Below are positions 1 through 13,138 of a stretch of 64,000 nt of DNA, one piece after another. The notes below the pieces were generated by a model. That model searched no databases. It was not told the DNA's origin and saw only the letters and a program-made list of their open reading frames with translations. A program made the position numbers and the translations under genes. Each line of letters starts with the position of its first letter. Within the stretch, counting starts at the first letter, position 1. The stretch lies in NCBI RefSeq assembly GCF_037042905.1, contig NC_087258.1, positions 16,678,001 through 16,742,000 on the forward strand. The letters are read 5' to 3'. The stretch comes from Lytechinus pictus (Eukaryota).

Positions 1-1011
1 GAGGGCATTCACCTAGCTCAATCAAAGGCAGGTTGTTACCCCTCCCCTCGCCCCGCCCCGCCCTCCCCTCTCAGTTACAAAGCTATTGATTTGCTTTCCT
101 TGAGCCAATCCCTCGTAGTAGCATCACATAAAGGCTTTATTGAACCATCTTAATGATTGTATTGATTACATCATTGAAAAGCTCTGGTGGAGCGTACAAG
201 TACCGGTTTTTGGACACTTGAAAAACACAGGCTCATGGAACATTTGAAAAATATATGAATGTTTCACCAAAAACCTAATTGATCACGTTGATTGCATAAT
301 GGTACATGTATAGACTTAATTAAGAGCAATGCAATTCAACTGAATAGAGACCCTATTTCTGACTGTTCAGAAAAAACACCTGTATCATTTTGGCAGGGAC
401 ATTAAACCACACACCTACATGTAGTGAATATGTAGGCCTATAAATTGAAAGGTAAAACTATTTATGATAAAGTGACACATGCACTTGGTCTCTAACATTA
501 TGACAGCTTGGTTTCATTGTTTGTTAGTTTGTTTTTTCTTTATTCTTTCAATATACTATATCTGATTTTCATTAAAGATATGCTTTATTACCCAAAGATC
601 AACACATTGGCTACGGTACTACATGTATAATAGGCCTACATTGCCACAGTTCACATATAGAATTGAGAATCACCTGGTTTCTAAAACACACTGGTATTTG
701 GTAAGTAAACTTTTTTTCAAAAAGCCCATCAAAAAGCTAAATATCTGGGAGATTTCAGACCCCATTCGAAACCCAATTTGAGAAACAAAACCAAGCAAGT
801 TTCTATATCTGCAAGATTTGAAACTCATTCAAAAACCCAACTTATAAAACAAAAAGTTCAGTAAGTGACTACATGTAGGCTATATCGTAAATAGTATCTT
901 CTTATTGATTATTTACAAGCATTGAAACTGATTAGCTCAACTTAGAAAAGGAAAACAGTAAATAGATGGTTACCACTAAGGCCATGCTGACTGATTGAAC
1001 CTTCTGATCAA

Positions 1012-1449
1012 TAAGCCTGTTCACGGTTGTAAACTGCGCACGAGCAGTAAAGGGTCATTTGAGATAAACCATGAAGGTGGCTTTCAAATTCACTGACATA
1101 GGCATTTGTGATTTGATGATTATTCATGTATTCCTTTCAAAATATTCATTTTATCACATCCAAGCTGAAGAGTAATAAATAGAGCCTTCATAATCACTGG
1201 TATTTGACAGTAGCCTAAACAATAGTCAAATGTGCCGAAGGCAGACAATAAAACAGATTTCCAAACTTTATCCCTGATGTACTATTCTAGTCACCTGGTC
1301 TATACAATGCCTTTTGTTCTTAGAATTTGAATACTCTACGGTAAAGGTTACCTAACATCTACATTTGAAAATGATAGTGCTTATCCTAATGAAAAATCAC
1401 AGAGGTCATTTGAGGAAAGTTGATCATGAGCTAACCGTGAACTGGCTTA
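1012..1449. mobile_element. MITE-like element
   Basis: Inverted termini TAAGCCTGTTCACGGTT / AACCGTGAACTGGCTTA. Confidence 0.6.
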
Positions 1450-2540
1450 TTAATTCAAAAAGGTGACAGGAAAGAAGCAAGCCTATATACCAATTCTCCC
1501 AATACAAGACAAAACACAAATTACACCCTTCATATACTTTTCAAAACCAAGTCTTTGGTTTAAGAATGAAGAGCAATGTTGTTTGTACACTCAATCTAAA
1601 GTCTATTCATAGCTGTACACATATCTATTCCCACACCTCCAAAATGTTGTTGGCACTTGAAAGAAAGAAGGTTGAGGAAATCCCCTGTCTAAAGGACACC
1701 TAGAAGCTAATCTAGGATGAGTCTCCCATTGATCATAGGGAAGTTCTACAAGTAGATCCCTTTCATATCTGGGTCTCTCTGAAAAAGGGGGATTGCCTTT
1801 CACGGCTTAAGAAGGGGGAGATGAATGGGACATTAAAACCCTCTTTTAATCCCTGTACACCTATAGATCTTTGTCCAAGCATGGAACTATTATATAGCGA
1901 GATGGTCAAAGCAAGATGACAGCCAGGATGACCCTTTGACTTTGTAGGGTACTTGTCTGTTCTGAGCATCTCTCACACCTGGTTTCACTTGTACTGTAGA
2001 ATGATAGGCTTGCAGATACCTACTACTAGTTCTTGTAATTCTTCAAGTGTCTTTATTACAATGATTTCACTACACCACATTCAATGCCCCCCCCCCCCTC
2101 CCCTCCCTGCTCATGCTCCATATATCTTTTTTTTTCTCTCTCTCTTTCTCTCAACTCCCTGTCTCCTTCAAAGTTTTATCAATCTCCCCAGCCTCACTTT
2201 ACCCAAGGCAACTCACTTCTTCATGTATATTCCTGTTATTCATTGTGACTAGAGACAGAGTTTTGGATAATTCGCCTCCTAATCTTTTCTTGAATTTTCT
2301 AGGATTTTACTTTTTTTCATTACTTAGACCAAGAAATTCTGTAATGACACTGGTCATGCAAATGGATCAAGAATAATATCTGATTTCATTATCTGTGTGG
2401 AAGTTAATGATAAGATATTATTAATAACATGACAAAGACGTTGTTCTGTGGATATATAATAATAAGCTCAACATTTTATAAAATAATATTATATAACAAG
2501 CCATGCATACATGAGCAAAATTAAAATAATGGAAACTTAC

Positions 2541-2639
2541 CACAGCAGCAGAAGCAAGCAGCCCCTCGAGTAAAATAACAACCAGGCCCACGGTGGCAGC
2601 CTGGCGACCGAGGCGAACCGTAGCTTTCATCGCCCCCAT
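2541..2639 (-). CDS. First coding exon of an unidentified secreted/membrane protein gene (rest lies left of the window or was not recognised)
   Basis: ATG at 2639; MGAMKATVRLGRQAATVGLVVILLEGLLASAAV has a basic n-region and a hydrophobic h-region (signal-peptide-like); ends at a strong donor GTG|GTAAGT (phase 0); GC/CpG-enriched island 2540-3250 relative to flanks. Confidence 0.7.
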
Positions 2640-4876
2640 GTTACCCGGCGTCTGGGTTTGGCCGCGTTCCGGTAGCCAAGATCAACCAGAGAGTTGGATT
2701 AGATTACTGAATATATACCTGTTGCCTCGAAATCTAATATTGTAAGGATTCCAATGGACAAATCAACTTCATCGGTGCTGAATGATCACACGTTCGGTCA
2801 ATCAATGAATTGCTTTTCCTCCTTCGACAACGACAGTGAACTGATCGAATATTTATCTAAATTCTACCTCCACTTTCCTCCAGATTCAACTCCAACAAGG
2901 GTCCAGCGGATCTGAGTGGTCCTTACCATTCGTCGGGTCGAATTCGACAAAATGTCAAATATCTTTGCCGAATGTGGAACTAACTGTTAAATTCGCTAGC
3001 TCCAAGGGGACACAGGAAGAGGAGTAGACGGGCTATTTACTGACAACCATAGAAAGTCGGTAGACTAAATCCCCAAACTCAAATCCCTTTATTTTCGGGA
3101 CGAAATTGGAACATAAAAACACCCAGTTTACTGCCAGTTTAGTCCCGAAGCCAATGCACATGTGAGTCGCATTGAAGATGCAGACAAGTGCACATGCAAT
3201 TTGACTCCACTTGATCGCCGGGTATACGGTCTGGAGTTTGTGCTCTAATCTTGATAAAGTTTGGACTACTCCATTTTTTAATAGGGATTCATGACTCATA
3301 TACAAAGCGGGAAGAAACTATCGCGTCATTTTATTACTTATTATTCATATTTCATCATACAAAAGCTAAGCTAGTTATAATAACATGTGTTTCAAATAAT
3401 TTAATTTCACATCATCAATAATCAATACAAAATTTTACATGTGATGTTCATCTTATCATGTGATGTGTCTTATATGTCCCAAAAGTAGTCCCCCATAAAT
3501 AAATCAACTCTACCTAGGATTCATTGAAGTAAACAAATGACCTTTTTGTTACCCATGTGTGCACAAACGTCAATTTTGTTGTGGATCCCTTGATGTAAAT
3601 ATAACAGAGGTACAAAGTTTAGTGTAGCAGAGTTTACACACACTTGCTATTTCAAGAGGCATATTTATCTCTCATTTATTTTAAAGAAAGATTTAGTCCA
3701 GGCATATAAGTGGCTTACCCCCTATTCTACGTTCACTCTCATTTCAACAACTTACCACCAATCACAATCAACTAATTTCTTACCAGTAATACCACCATCA
3801 CACATCTACTCTCTATCATATTATTGAAGATGTATTCATATTTTTTACTTTAATGTTAACGAATAATGATAATAATAATAATAATAATGCAATTTCAATC
3901 TCCCTTGATCACTCTGTATAGGCCTATGATATAGAATATATATCTTAGGAATATATGATATTCTATGATATAGAATATATATTCTAGATATATAATATAT
4001 ATTATTGAATATTTATTCCATGATATAGAATATATATCATAGAATATTATCATAAAATTTATTTATTTCAACGAGTGGTGATTGTAGGTCATTGCATTAA
4101 AAAAAGGCACTGTATGTCAGTTAAATCAATTAATTACTCCTTTGAACAAGCAAAGCTGATTAATATAAATAATAAACTCCCCCAAAATAAACTGAAATAG
4201 ATAAACGACTTAATTTCTTTCCCATACCAGCTTATCGAAATGTTATCAGTAGATCGGAGTGATTCTTCAAATTCGAATACAGAAATTTATTTTCTTTTTC
4301 TTATCCAGCTTAGTGAGTTCTCTCATTATAAAGTAAATATCCAGATTAATGACATTTACATAATAAAGTCAATGACAATTCTTCACGAAATTCGAAAATA
4401 TTATAAGATTGTTTCATAAGAATAAGTGCGTGGGCTAGATAGTAGATTGGACAAAGTGAAGGACAAACAATGACAAGACCAAATTAAGCGATAACTTCAG
4501 CAAAGTTTGGATGATGAAGGTAAATTTATCAGGTAAGAAAACAAGATATTGGTCAAATCAAACATAAAACCTGCAAAGGGGTGAGTCACTATTGATATAA
4601 GAGGCCTATACTCTAAAAACAATCTATTGAAATTTAGATACTGTCAGAGGGGCACGTAATATAGAATATAAATTGTGCTACAAATATTGGAATAAAACTA
4701 TTTATCAGTGTAAAAATTAATAAACTGCATTCGTTTGTTTGGCAAGATTAAAGCAAGTGTCCATCTCATTAGAGGGGCATTTAATATAAAGTCTTATAAA
4801 TTGTGTTACAAGAATTAGAATTAAATTATGAATGTCAGGATTGATAGAATGTATTCATTTCAATGGCCCCTCTGAT

Positions 4877-5132
4877 CAGGGGCGGATCCAGGATTTTCCA
4901 AAGGGGGGGGGGCATGACAAGCACAAAACAAAAAGTTTTGAACCCAATATTAAGAATATTTCGTCCCCGAAAAAAATTGACACGCAAAAAAAAAGTCTTA
5001 ACTTTCAAAAGGAGGGGCACACCTCTACACTTCTGTTTTGACGGCATTTTTAAATTACAAATTTTAATTTTGCTTCTCAAAAAGGGGGGGCATGGGCCGG
5101 CTGTGCCCCCCCCCCCCCCAGATCCGCCAGTG
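4877..5132. mobile_element. hAT-like MITE
   Basis: TIR CAGGGGCGGATC / GATCCGCCAGTG, subterminal G/C tracts, perfect 8-bp TSD CCTCTGAT. Confidence 0.9.
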
Positions 5133-6099
5133 CCTCTGATGTATTTTATATTCAAAATTGAGTAGCGTGTGTTTTTATAGTGTAGGCCTACATGACAAAA
5201 GTTCGTTTGTTAGTGTACTGGAATGGTTTGAAGATGCAGTTGCATGGAAAATGTAGCTCATCTGTCGCCATATATCATTCCCTTTTTCATATCCATATGA
5301 CCTATAAGTTTCAGAAATACATGATGATTATACAAAAATGAATAAAACAATAATTGACTACGAGAATGGTTCTGACGTGTGTGTTTTTGTTAATGAATTG
5401 TGATTTTCTCTTGATTTTTTATTTAAAAAATACTCTTAAATTGCCTTCATATATAGCTACAGTGCACGACAGGTAGTGGCGTAATGAGCCCCCCCCCCCC
5501 CCCACACACACACATGCATGGGGACGCAATCGTGACTTATGGGGCAAACTTTCTCAATTTCGCCATCTAGCGGAAATAATGGCCATTTAAAATGAAATAT
5601 ATATATTTAATCCTTTTCATTTCCTTTGCTTTATTTTTTGTCCTTGGTCGTAGAACGGTGCCCGCCCCCTTCCATATATGCCAGTGATGGTGGTGTATAA
5701 GTGCTAGACCACACTACATCTCTTCATATTCATACCACAAGACGTTAATACTTTGAAAGAAAGTTTGAGAGTCGTTCCCCTGTTGAATAAAAGATGTATG
5801 AGATCAATTTCCGGTTATTGGGTAACCGAACGGATAGACCCAACAGAACATGACCAACTTCAAAGGAAATTACAACGAAGCGAAGACAAAATCGATAATG
5901 AAGACAAGAATACCACTGTAACCCCCAATTTAGTCCCGGTGTTTCATTGTAGCCTTTAATCGCTTAAGTGATCAACCATGATTAAGTATATTGTCTGGTC
6001 GGGGAAACAATTTATTGATCTTCTTTCGACTCAAAAATTGCGCCTTAAATGCCAATTAATAGGCCTCTGTAATTATTTTCCTATATACGTAATGGAGAA

Positions 6100-6450
6100 G
6101 GTAAACTGCCAATTCGTCTATTCCCAACTCGTCCACTCATCACATGGTCTACTTTCATTTAGTCTAATGTAATTCTGTCCATCAAAATTTCGTATAACAA
6201 TCATTTTGGTCCAATTATCTCTTTGTCTAAACACCAGTTCGTCTATGACCATTTCGTCTCATAACCAGTTGATCTAATGACCATTTCATTTTCATTCATT
6301 TTACAGAGACCCAAATGGAAATGGCATTTGGACCAACTGGTTATTAGACGAAATGTAGAGTGAACGAAATGACAATTAGACCATGTGGATAGAGGACGAA
6401 CTGATGGTAGACCAAATGATAGTAGACGGATTGGCAATTGGCATTAGACC
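6100..6450. repeat. Element built of short repeats in inverted arrays
   Basis: Left half has repeated (T/C)GTCTA/GTCCA; right half has repeated TAGAC(G/C)/TGGAC; termini TGCCAATTCGTCTA / TAGACGGATTGGCA. Confidence 0.7.
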
Positions 6451-6596
6451 AATTTTTATTGAAAATGGAAAACACATTGGAATGAACCCCGAAATACACG
6501 TAAATTCTTGGCTGTACAGATAATTTACAAAAAAATGAAACGGTCGTGGATTTCGCCCCAGCAGGTGCTTAGTGTATAGGGGCGTCGGTAAGTTGT

Positions 6597-6884
6597 GGAG
6601 CGTTGTGGCCCAGTGGAATTGTCTTCGGACTTTGAAACAGAGGGTCGTGGGTTCGAATCCCAGCCATGGCGTAATTTCCTTCGGCAAGAAACTGATCCAC
6701 AATGTGCTGCACTCAACCCAGGTGAGGTAAATGGGTACCGGTAGGAAGTAATTCCTTAAAAAGATGTGTGCGCTATGAACGCCTAGCTTAACCGGGTATT
6801 ATAGGAGCGCCTTGAGCACCTAACAAGGTGCGCAATATAAATATGCGCAATATAAATACCCTATATTATTATTATATTATTATT
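6597..6884 (+). mobile_element. tRNA-derived SINE (family A)
   Basis: A box TGGCCCAGTGG, B box GGTTCGAATCC, central CACTCAACCCAGGTGAGGTAAATGGGTACCGG, AGCGCCTTGAG..GCGC.ATATAAAT + (TAT)n tail; near-identical copy at 12857. Confidence 0.9.
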
Positions 6885-6904
6885 AAGTTTTAGATTGCCG
6901 AAAT

Positions 6905-7140
6905 ATTATAATAATGAATAATAATAACTCTCATCTACCCTGGGTAGAAGCCACTCTCAGCTGTAAGCTATTCTTCCAGCGGGCCCTGCATAACATCATG
7001 TTATTATCACCCTTCTCCATTCTCATTCGTCGACAAGAAGGCAATTTTTAAAAAGTCTTTGGTCTGACTCGAGCGGGGATCGAACCCACGACCTCCCGAT
7101 CATGAGGCGGGCGCTCTACCAATGTGCTACCATGTCCGGT
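6905..7140 (-). mobile_element. tRNA-derived SINE (family B)
   Basis: Reverse strand ACCGGACATGGTAGCACATTGGTAGAGCG...GGTTCGATCCC...GTCAGACCAAAGACT; head shared with 24457. Confidence 0.78.
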
Positions 7141-10100
7141 TCATTCACGAAAAAGAGAGATTTGTCTATTAATGGAGCTAGTTTGGTTAAAAATACAAAA
7201 TAATAATAATAAATGGGGGAAACGGGCCTTTAATTAAGCAAGGCCACCTAGCCAATGGTCTTGGATGGCCTATTGATCGGCATCGACGCCCCTCTTATTG
7301 GCCTTAAAGATTTTGGTGCCCTTTTAAATCTTTCACATAAATTATATGTAGAAATGTGCTTTATACACGCAAAGGAAAGGGGTCTTGTATTAATCTAAAT
7401 CATAGAAATAATCTAGGCAATTGCATGGTATCACCCACCTCTCAATGGCCTTTGATATTCGAAGTCCTTTTAATTTTCTCCATGTGCTATAGGATGTAGA
7501 AATGTACCGTTTAAGGAAATGGGTCTTATCCTATTAAAGTCTGGAAAATGTTTGAACTGCATCACCTGTAGTTAGTGCATTTTTCTCAATATTTTGCATT
7601 AAAAGTGACTCATTTCCTCCTGTCATTATTCAAAATCATGAGCGGATATTTTAAAGGAAGAAGATAAAAACACTTTGAAAGATAAATGAAGTATAGGTTT
7701 GTCTGCTTGCATCTTCGAACAAAAATTATTATCATAACATGTAGGTCACATCCCTAGATGAGCGGCGACAAGGGGATGGGCAAGGAGCGACAACCCCTAT
7801 GATTTTTCAAGAGGTAAAAAAGGGTAAAACGATGGGAAAGAGGGAGTAAGTGGAATAAAGAAGGAAGAAAGTAATAAAAAAGGAGTAGTCTGGTCCGTGT
7901 AACTATAATTATGAGCAAAAGAAATGATGACGTCACACAGGTGATTTCCCCCCCCCCCCACAACACACAAAATATCATCGTGCCGCCTCTGATTATAGAG
8001 AATATATGCCTATAATCATACATGCAATCATTTCCAGTACATACAAATTGTTCCTACATTATATAGACCAGTGATGGATCTAAAATTAAAATTTTGGAAA
8101 AAAATTCAATCATATATAAAATGTTTCTTTAAAAAAAGTCGTTGGACTCCCTATTGTCTAAGGGTGTGAATGGAGTGTGGTTTCTTTTTCACGAAACTGA
8201 ACCCCTCCCCGGTGTTTGTGCACGTACGAATTTTGGGGAAAATACAATTTTAAATGAATTGAAAAAAAAAGAGTCGGTAGAGGGTGTCACGATGAATGGA
8301 ATGGATGAGGTTAACTTTTCACGAAACTGGCACCCCCCCCCCCCCCCGTAGGTCTCCTGGTCGATCCTGTTTGCGCCACTGGTATGATATAAACATGGAG
8401 CTATTATAGCTCCATGATATAGACCTCTATTCTGTTGTAATTTGTAGTATATATATACAGGTGCTCGTCATGGTGGTTTTGAAAGAAACCACAAATCCAT
8501 CTGGAAGATGGCGGGGGATGAACTATGAATAGATTTATCGAATAGAATGACTCATGCACCAGACAAATATTGTTTACAAGTGACGCAAATAATTATATTT
8601 ACAATTTCACAAGTTGTTTTTGCAAAGTGAGATATATCTTCTATCAGCAGTCAAAGACTACACACCCATCTTTTTCCAATGTAAATTATGTACCGTCCTC
8701 CTAAGTACTGGCAGATGCTTATTACATGCGTTTAATGTCATAAAACAAACAGAAGATATTATTCACAGTGTATAAACGGTGTTTGATTTTTTTTCAAACA
8801 ACTCTGCTTGCTACATGAACATAATTATTTCGAATCTTAAACAACAAAGTTTAATTTTTACAATGATTTTTTTTTCAAGCTTGATGATAAAAAAAGAGAA
8901 ATTATTTCACCAGTGTCGCACAACTGGTAGCAATCGAATGGTGTCACATTCCCCCATGGGTGAGAGAGGAAGATCTTTGAAACTCGGAAAAAGGGCCGAC
9001 GATGTGAGGTAAATAAGCATTGGATTGACCCCTAAGCACCTGAAAACAAACGAACTTCAAATCGTAAGCGTAGATCTGAAGCAATAATTTGGATCATCTG
9101 AACAAACCTTCCTTTTTATTTAAAGGTATCGTTGCACTGATTTCATTACTACAAATTTGATCAAATTTCTGTGCTTTTCGACCAATCAACATCAACATGA
9201 TAAAGGAAAGTTGTGAGAAGACAAATTTCGATGAAAAACTCTTCTCTCGCAATTTTGAAGCTGATTCAATATGTCATTTTACAATTTCAGATGATGTTGA
9301 TTCCATACACTGAATAATTTGTTTTGGTATGATTTTATTCATATTTATTCATTTATTTCCACAAAAAAGGCATGTAATTGTCATTTCATTTTCATCAAGT
9401 TTTCACAAAAAAATTATTGTTCCAGCAATTCTCCGAGTCCAGCAACATGGTAAACATTTCTGTTTTGTAAACATCGTTTATTCTCAGTTATGGTAATGAA
9501 TATATGCTTAATTTACATAAATTAGCACAATTGAGAATAAAATACATGTACAAAACATAAATTATGTTCACCATGCTGTCGGGGAATGGCTGGAACAATC
9601 ATTTTGATGAAAAATTTGTTAAAAATGAAATGACATTTATATGATTTTTTTAATGAAATGCATCCAAAACTATTAATAAAATGAATCTTGGTGTATCCTT
9701 TGTTATGAAGCATGCATATAAATTTACTTTGATTCGTGTTGCTTTAAAAAAAAAACTTCTTAGGTTCAATCTTCCAAGTTCAGTGAAGTTATGGTTTCCA
9801 GACTAGATTGATCTTCATCGCAAACGTCGACACCCTCACCAGTTGTCCCTCACCTTGAACATCATCATGAAATGAATGACTTTGGTTGGTTAATGTGTTA
9901 GGTCTCTTGTGGTGATGAGATCAACTCCATTAACCCTCTGAATCCCGCTGGGACTACTTCTCACCGACCCAACAGGTGAATGGAACGACGTCAGAAGATA
10001 GCATCTCCCTCTCTCAGACGTCATCGACTCCCCGACATTCTTGTCATCGTCTCCTTCACAATCATGATAATGTTGGTCTATATGATCATAGTAAAAAAAT

Positions 10101-11336
10101 CCTTTCATATTGAGATGTATTCTCCCTTTTACCCGCCATCCATTGCCCATTTTTTCTTATCTCTATGTTTTACACGGTAAAACTCCACCCGGGAGGGCAT
10201 TTTTGCATTCTCTCTCTTTTTTATAAAAAAAGAAAAACGATATATATCAGCTTTACGATTACAAAGACAGAGGCCACGCCCACCCCACCCCCTTCCCCCC
10301 ATCCCTTCTCTTCTATCCACTGGCGTACAGATGGGGGGGGGGAACTTGGGGCCATGGACCAGTTTGGACCCCTCCCCCCTACAAAAAAACAAAAACAAAT
10401 CACGACTACGAAAAAAAAAAAGATGAAAACAAAGAAAATGAAAGATAAAAGTGTGAAATATGATACTTTTTCTTGAATATTATGTCAAAATCTATTTTTT
10501 TTTCTTTACGCCATGTCTGGCCCCAATTTTTTTTTTCGGGGGCTCATTGCGCTACTGCTTTTATCTATCTCTCTCTCTGTCGTCATCTTTCCTGTTATTC
10601 CTCTTTATTGGCATCGTTTTTAACAATATCTTTCAAGAAAAAATGTAAATATTAAGTAACGTTCTTCATTGATTTCTTTGATTGAATTCGTAAGGGACTG
10701 TTGTTACCCTAAAAGCCTGAAAGAAGCTCTTCATTGATAAAGTCCACTAGCATATATGAAGGGGGGGGGGGGCAGAGTGTCCCTATCAAAGTTTTGTCAG
10801 AAGGCTGAGAAGGATGGTTGGTGTCAGAAATTGCTGGTGACCTTTACCTCTTTTTAGTTGTCCCCCAAAAAACTTGCCTCTTCATCTGACGAGATTTTCC
10901 AGCTACGCCACTGATATGGTTTATCCTGTCCACCGAAATGTCAACAGTTTCACCCGTTCCTGGGACCATGCACTGATGGCGTCAATTTTTAACAACTTTG
11001 TATCAAATTTGATTCCTCATAACTCGACTTTTACTTTAATATTGTCTTTTGGGGGGATTTTCGGGAGCTAAACAAAGGGTCAGTCTGATCTGTCAAGCCT
11101 ACATAGCAGAAGGCTGACTCATCGTGGTCTTTCTTTATAGTCCAGTCCCCCGTCTGATGGTAAGTCTAGGGGCTATTCCTGGAGTCTGGTAAACAAAGTA
11201 ACCCAACTTTTACGATAAACAAGGGAGGGGGTGTAAACAAAGGGAGTGTAATTGAATCATGAGTCAGTAAATGAATGAATGAATGAATGAATGAATGAAT
11301 GGATGGAATGAATGAATGACGTACATGTATGTTTAA

Positions 11337-12108
11337 AGGTCAAGTCCACCCCAGGAAAATGCTGACTTGAATAAATAGAGAAAAATCAAACTAGCATAGT
11401 GCTGAAAATTTCATCAAAATCGGATGTAAAATAAGAAAGTTATGACATTTAAAGTTTTGCTTATTTTTCACTAAACAGTGATATGCACAACTAGGTGAGT
11501 CAGTCGATGATGTCCATCACTCACTATTTCTTTTGTTTTTTATTGTTTGAATGATACAATATTTCATTTTTTATAGATTTGACAATAAGGACCAACTTGA
11601 CTGAACCATATAGTATTAAACAATGCTAATTCCACATGTTCAGGGAGGAATTAATCGTTGTATCACTTGACAATGAGGAGAAAATTAGAATATTTCATAT
11701 TCATATAATAAAATACAAAAGAAATAGTGAGTGGATGACATCACAGTCTCCTCATTTGCATACCAGCCAGGATGTGCATATAACTGTTTTGTGAAATTAA
11801 GACTGGGCGTTGTGGCGTGCGCCTGTAATCCAAGCTATGTGGGGAAGTTACAAATTGATGCAGAGGTTAGAGGTTCGAGCCCCGGTCACGTCTTTCGGAT
11901 GATGACGTTAAAGGTCGGTCCCAGACGTAAATAATCATATCTGATTGATACACGTCTGACAAAACTCAAATACACACACACAAGCGAAACATTAAAATGT
12001 CATAACTTTCTTATTTTACATCCGATTTTGATGAAATTTTCAGTGTTATGCTTGTTGGATTTTTCTCTTTTTATTCAAATCAACTTTTTGTTGGGGTGGA
12101 CTTGTCCT
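11337..12108. mobile_element. Kolobok-like MITE (TTAA TSD, AGG...CCT termini)
   Basis: ttaa|AGGTCAAGTCCACCCCA ... TGGGGTGGACTTGTCCT|ttaa; related copies at ~17845-18240 and ~40640-41252. Confidence 0.85.
11801..11981 (+). mobile_element. Short retroposon (SINE) with a 7SL/Alu-like 5' head, B-box, 3' hairpin and (CA)n tail
   Basis: Starts GACTGGGCGTTGTGGCGTGCGCCTGTAATCCAAGCTA (cf. 7SL GCCGGGCGCGGTGGCGCGTGCCTGTAGTCCCAGCTA); GGTTCGAGCCC; interrupts the host MITE at gtgaaatt-aag-cgaaa, which is contiguous in the paralogous copy at ~41113-41128. Confidence 0.8.
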
Positions 12109-12329
12109 TTAAAAGAACGAACGAATGTATGTGAATGAATGAATTATATATATATATATTTTATTCATTACAAAACGTTAAAAAGGTTAGCCCAATCAGC
12201 AGAAACACTGGTTTTCATTGCGTGTTTCTGCTGATTGGGCTAACCTTTTTAAATATTTGTAATAAAAAAATAAAAAATATATAATTAATTCATTCACATA
12301 AAACATGAACGAAGAAAAGAATGTATTGA

Positions 12330-12605
12330 GAAATGGATGAATGAATGAATTAATGGATGGATGGATGGAAGGATGGATAGACAATTTGACTGAATTTATA
12401 AGTAAATGGATGAATAAATGGATGGATTTTTAGAATAGATAGGTGAAAGGATGAGTAAATTGGTGAACTGATATATATAGATGAATGTGTAGATAGATAG
12501 ATATATAGATGAATGTGTAGATAGATAGATAGATGAATGAACGGCAAATTAAAGAATGAATGAATGTTAGAAGATGGATAGATTAGTATGATAAATGATG
12601 GATGA
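12330..12605. repeat. Compound (GAAT)/(GGAT)/(GATA) microsatellite; also (GAAT)n at 11270-11320
   Basis: Direct inspection. Confidence 0.85.
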
Positions 12606-12856
12606 TTGTCTTAATGACAGTGGTTAGTTATAAACGAGAAGACATTGAGATTATTAAGAATCAAAGGAAATAGAGTTGTGTGGTTGCTAAGCAACTGTTC
12701 GTTGATGACGATGGAAACCAGTAATGGGATTCTTTATGCTGTTTCAGTTGATTTGTACTTGTAAATAAATAAGGATATGAATCGGTCAATCAATAACAAT
12801 GCCCCCCCCCCCTAAAAAAAAGGCAAAAAAGCCTTTATATGGAATCTTTTTCATAT

Positions 12857-13138
12857 GGGTGCGTCGTGGTCTATAGTGGTTCTGACTCTCGCCTTTTAAA
12901 CAGAGGGTCGTGGGTTCGAATCCTAGCCATGGTGTTTTTTCCTTCAGCAAGAAATTTGTCCACACTGTGCTGCACTCGACCCAGGTGAGGTAAATGGGTA
13001 CCGGCAGGAAGTAATTCCTCAAAAAGCTGTGCGCACCAGAATCGGTAGACTAGCTTAGCCGGGGTAATATAGGAGCGTCTTGAGCACCTAGCAAGGTAGA
13101 TACGTGCGCTATACAAATCCTGTATTATTTATTTATTT
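12857..13138 (+). mobile_element. tRNA-derived SINE (family A)
   Basis: Colinear with 6597-6884 over its full length. Confidence 0.9.

Noticed and set aside
1603-2376. Short ORFs in the first intron of the leftmost gene
   Set aside because: No homology signal or clear splice sites; partly low-complexity sequence
6597-6670. tRNA genes (also 7070-7140, 12857, 24457, 30870-30943)
   Set aside because: The A/B boxes continue into shared SINE bodies and simple-repeat tails; these are SINE heads
11801-11850. Human Alu contamination or a genuine 7SL gene
   Set aside because: Similarity stops after ~45 nt, there is no S domain or Alu dimer/poly(A), and the piece sits inside a host-specific MITE
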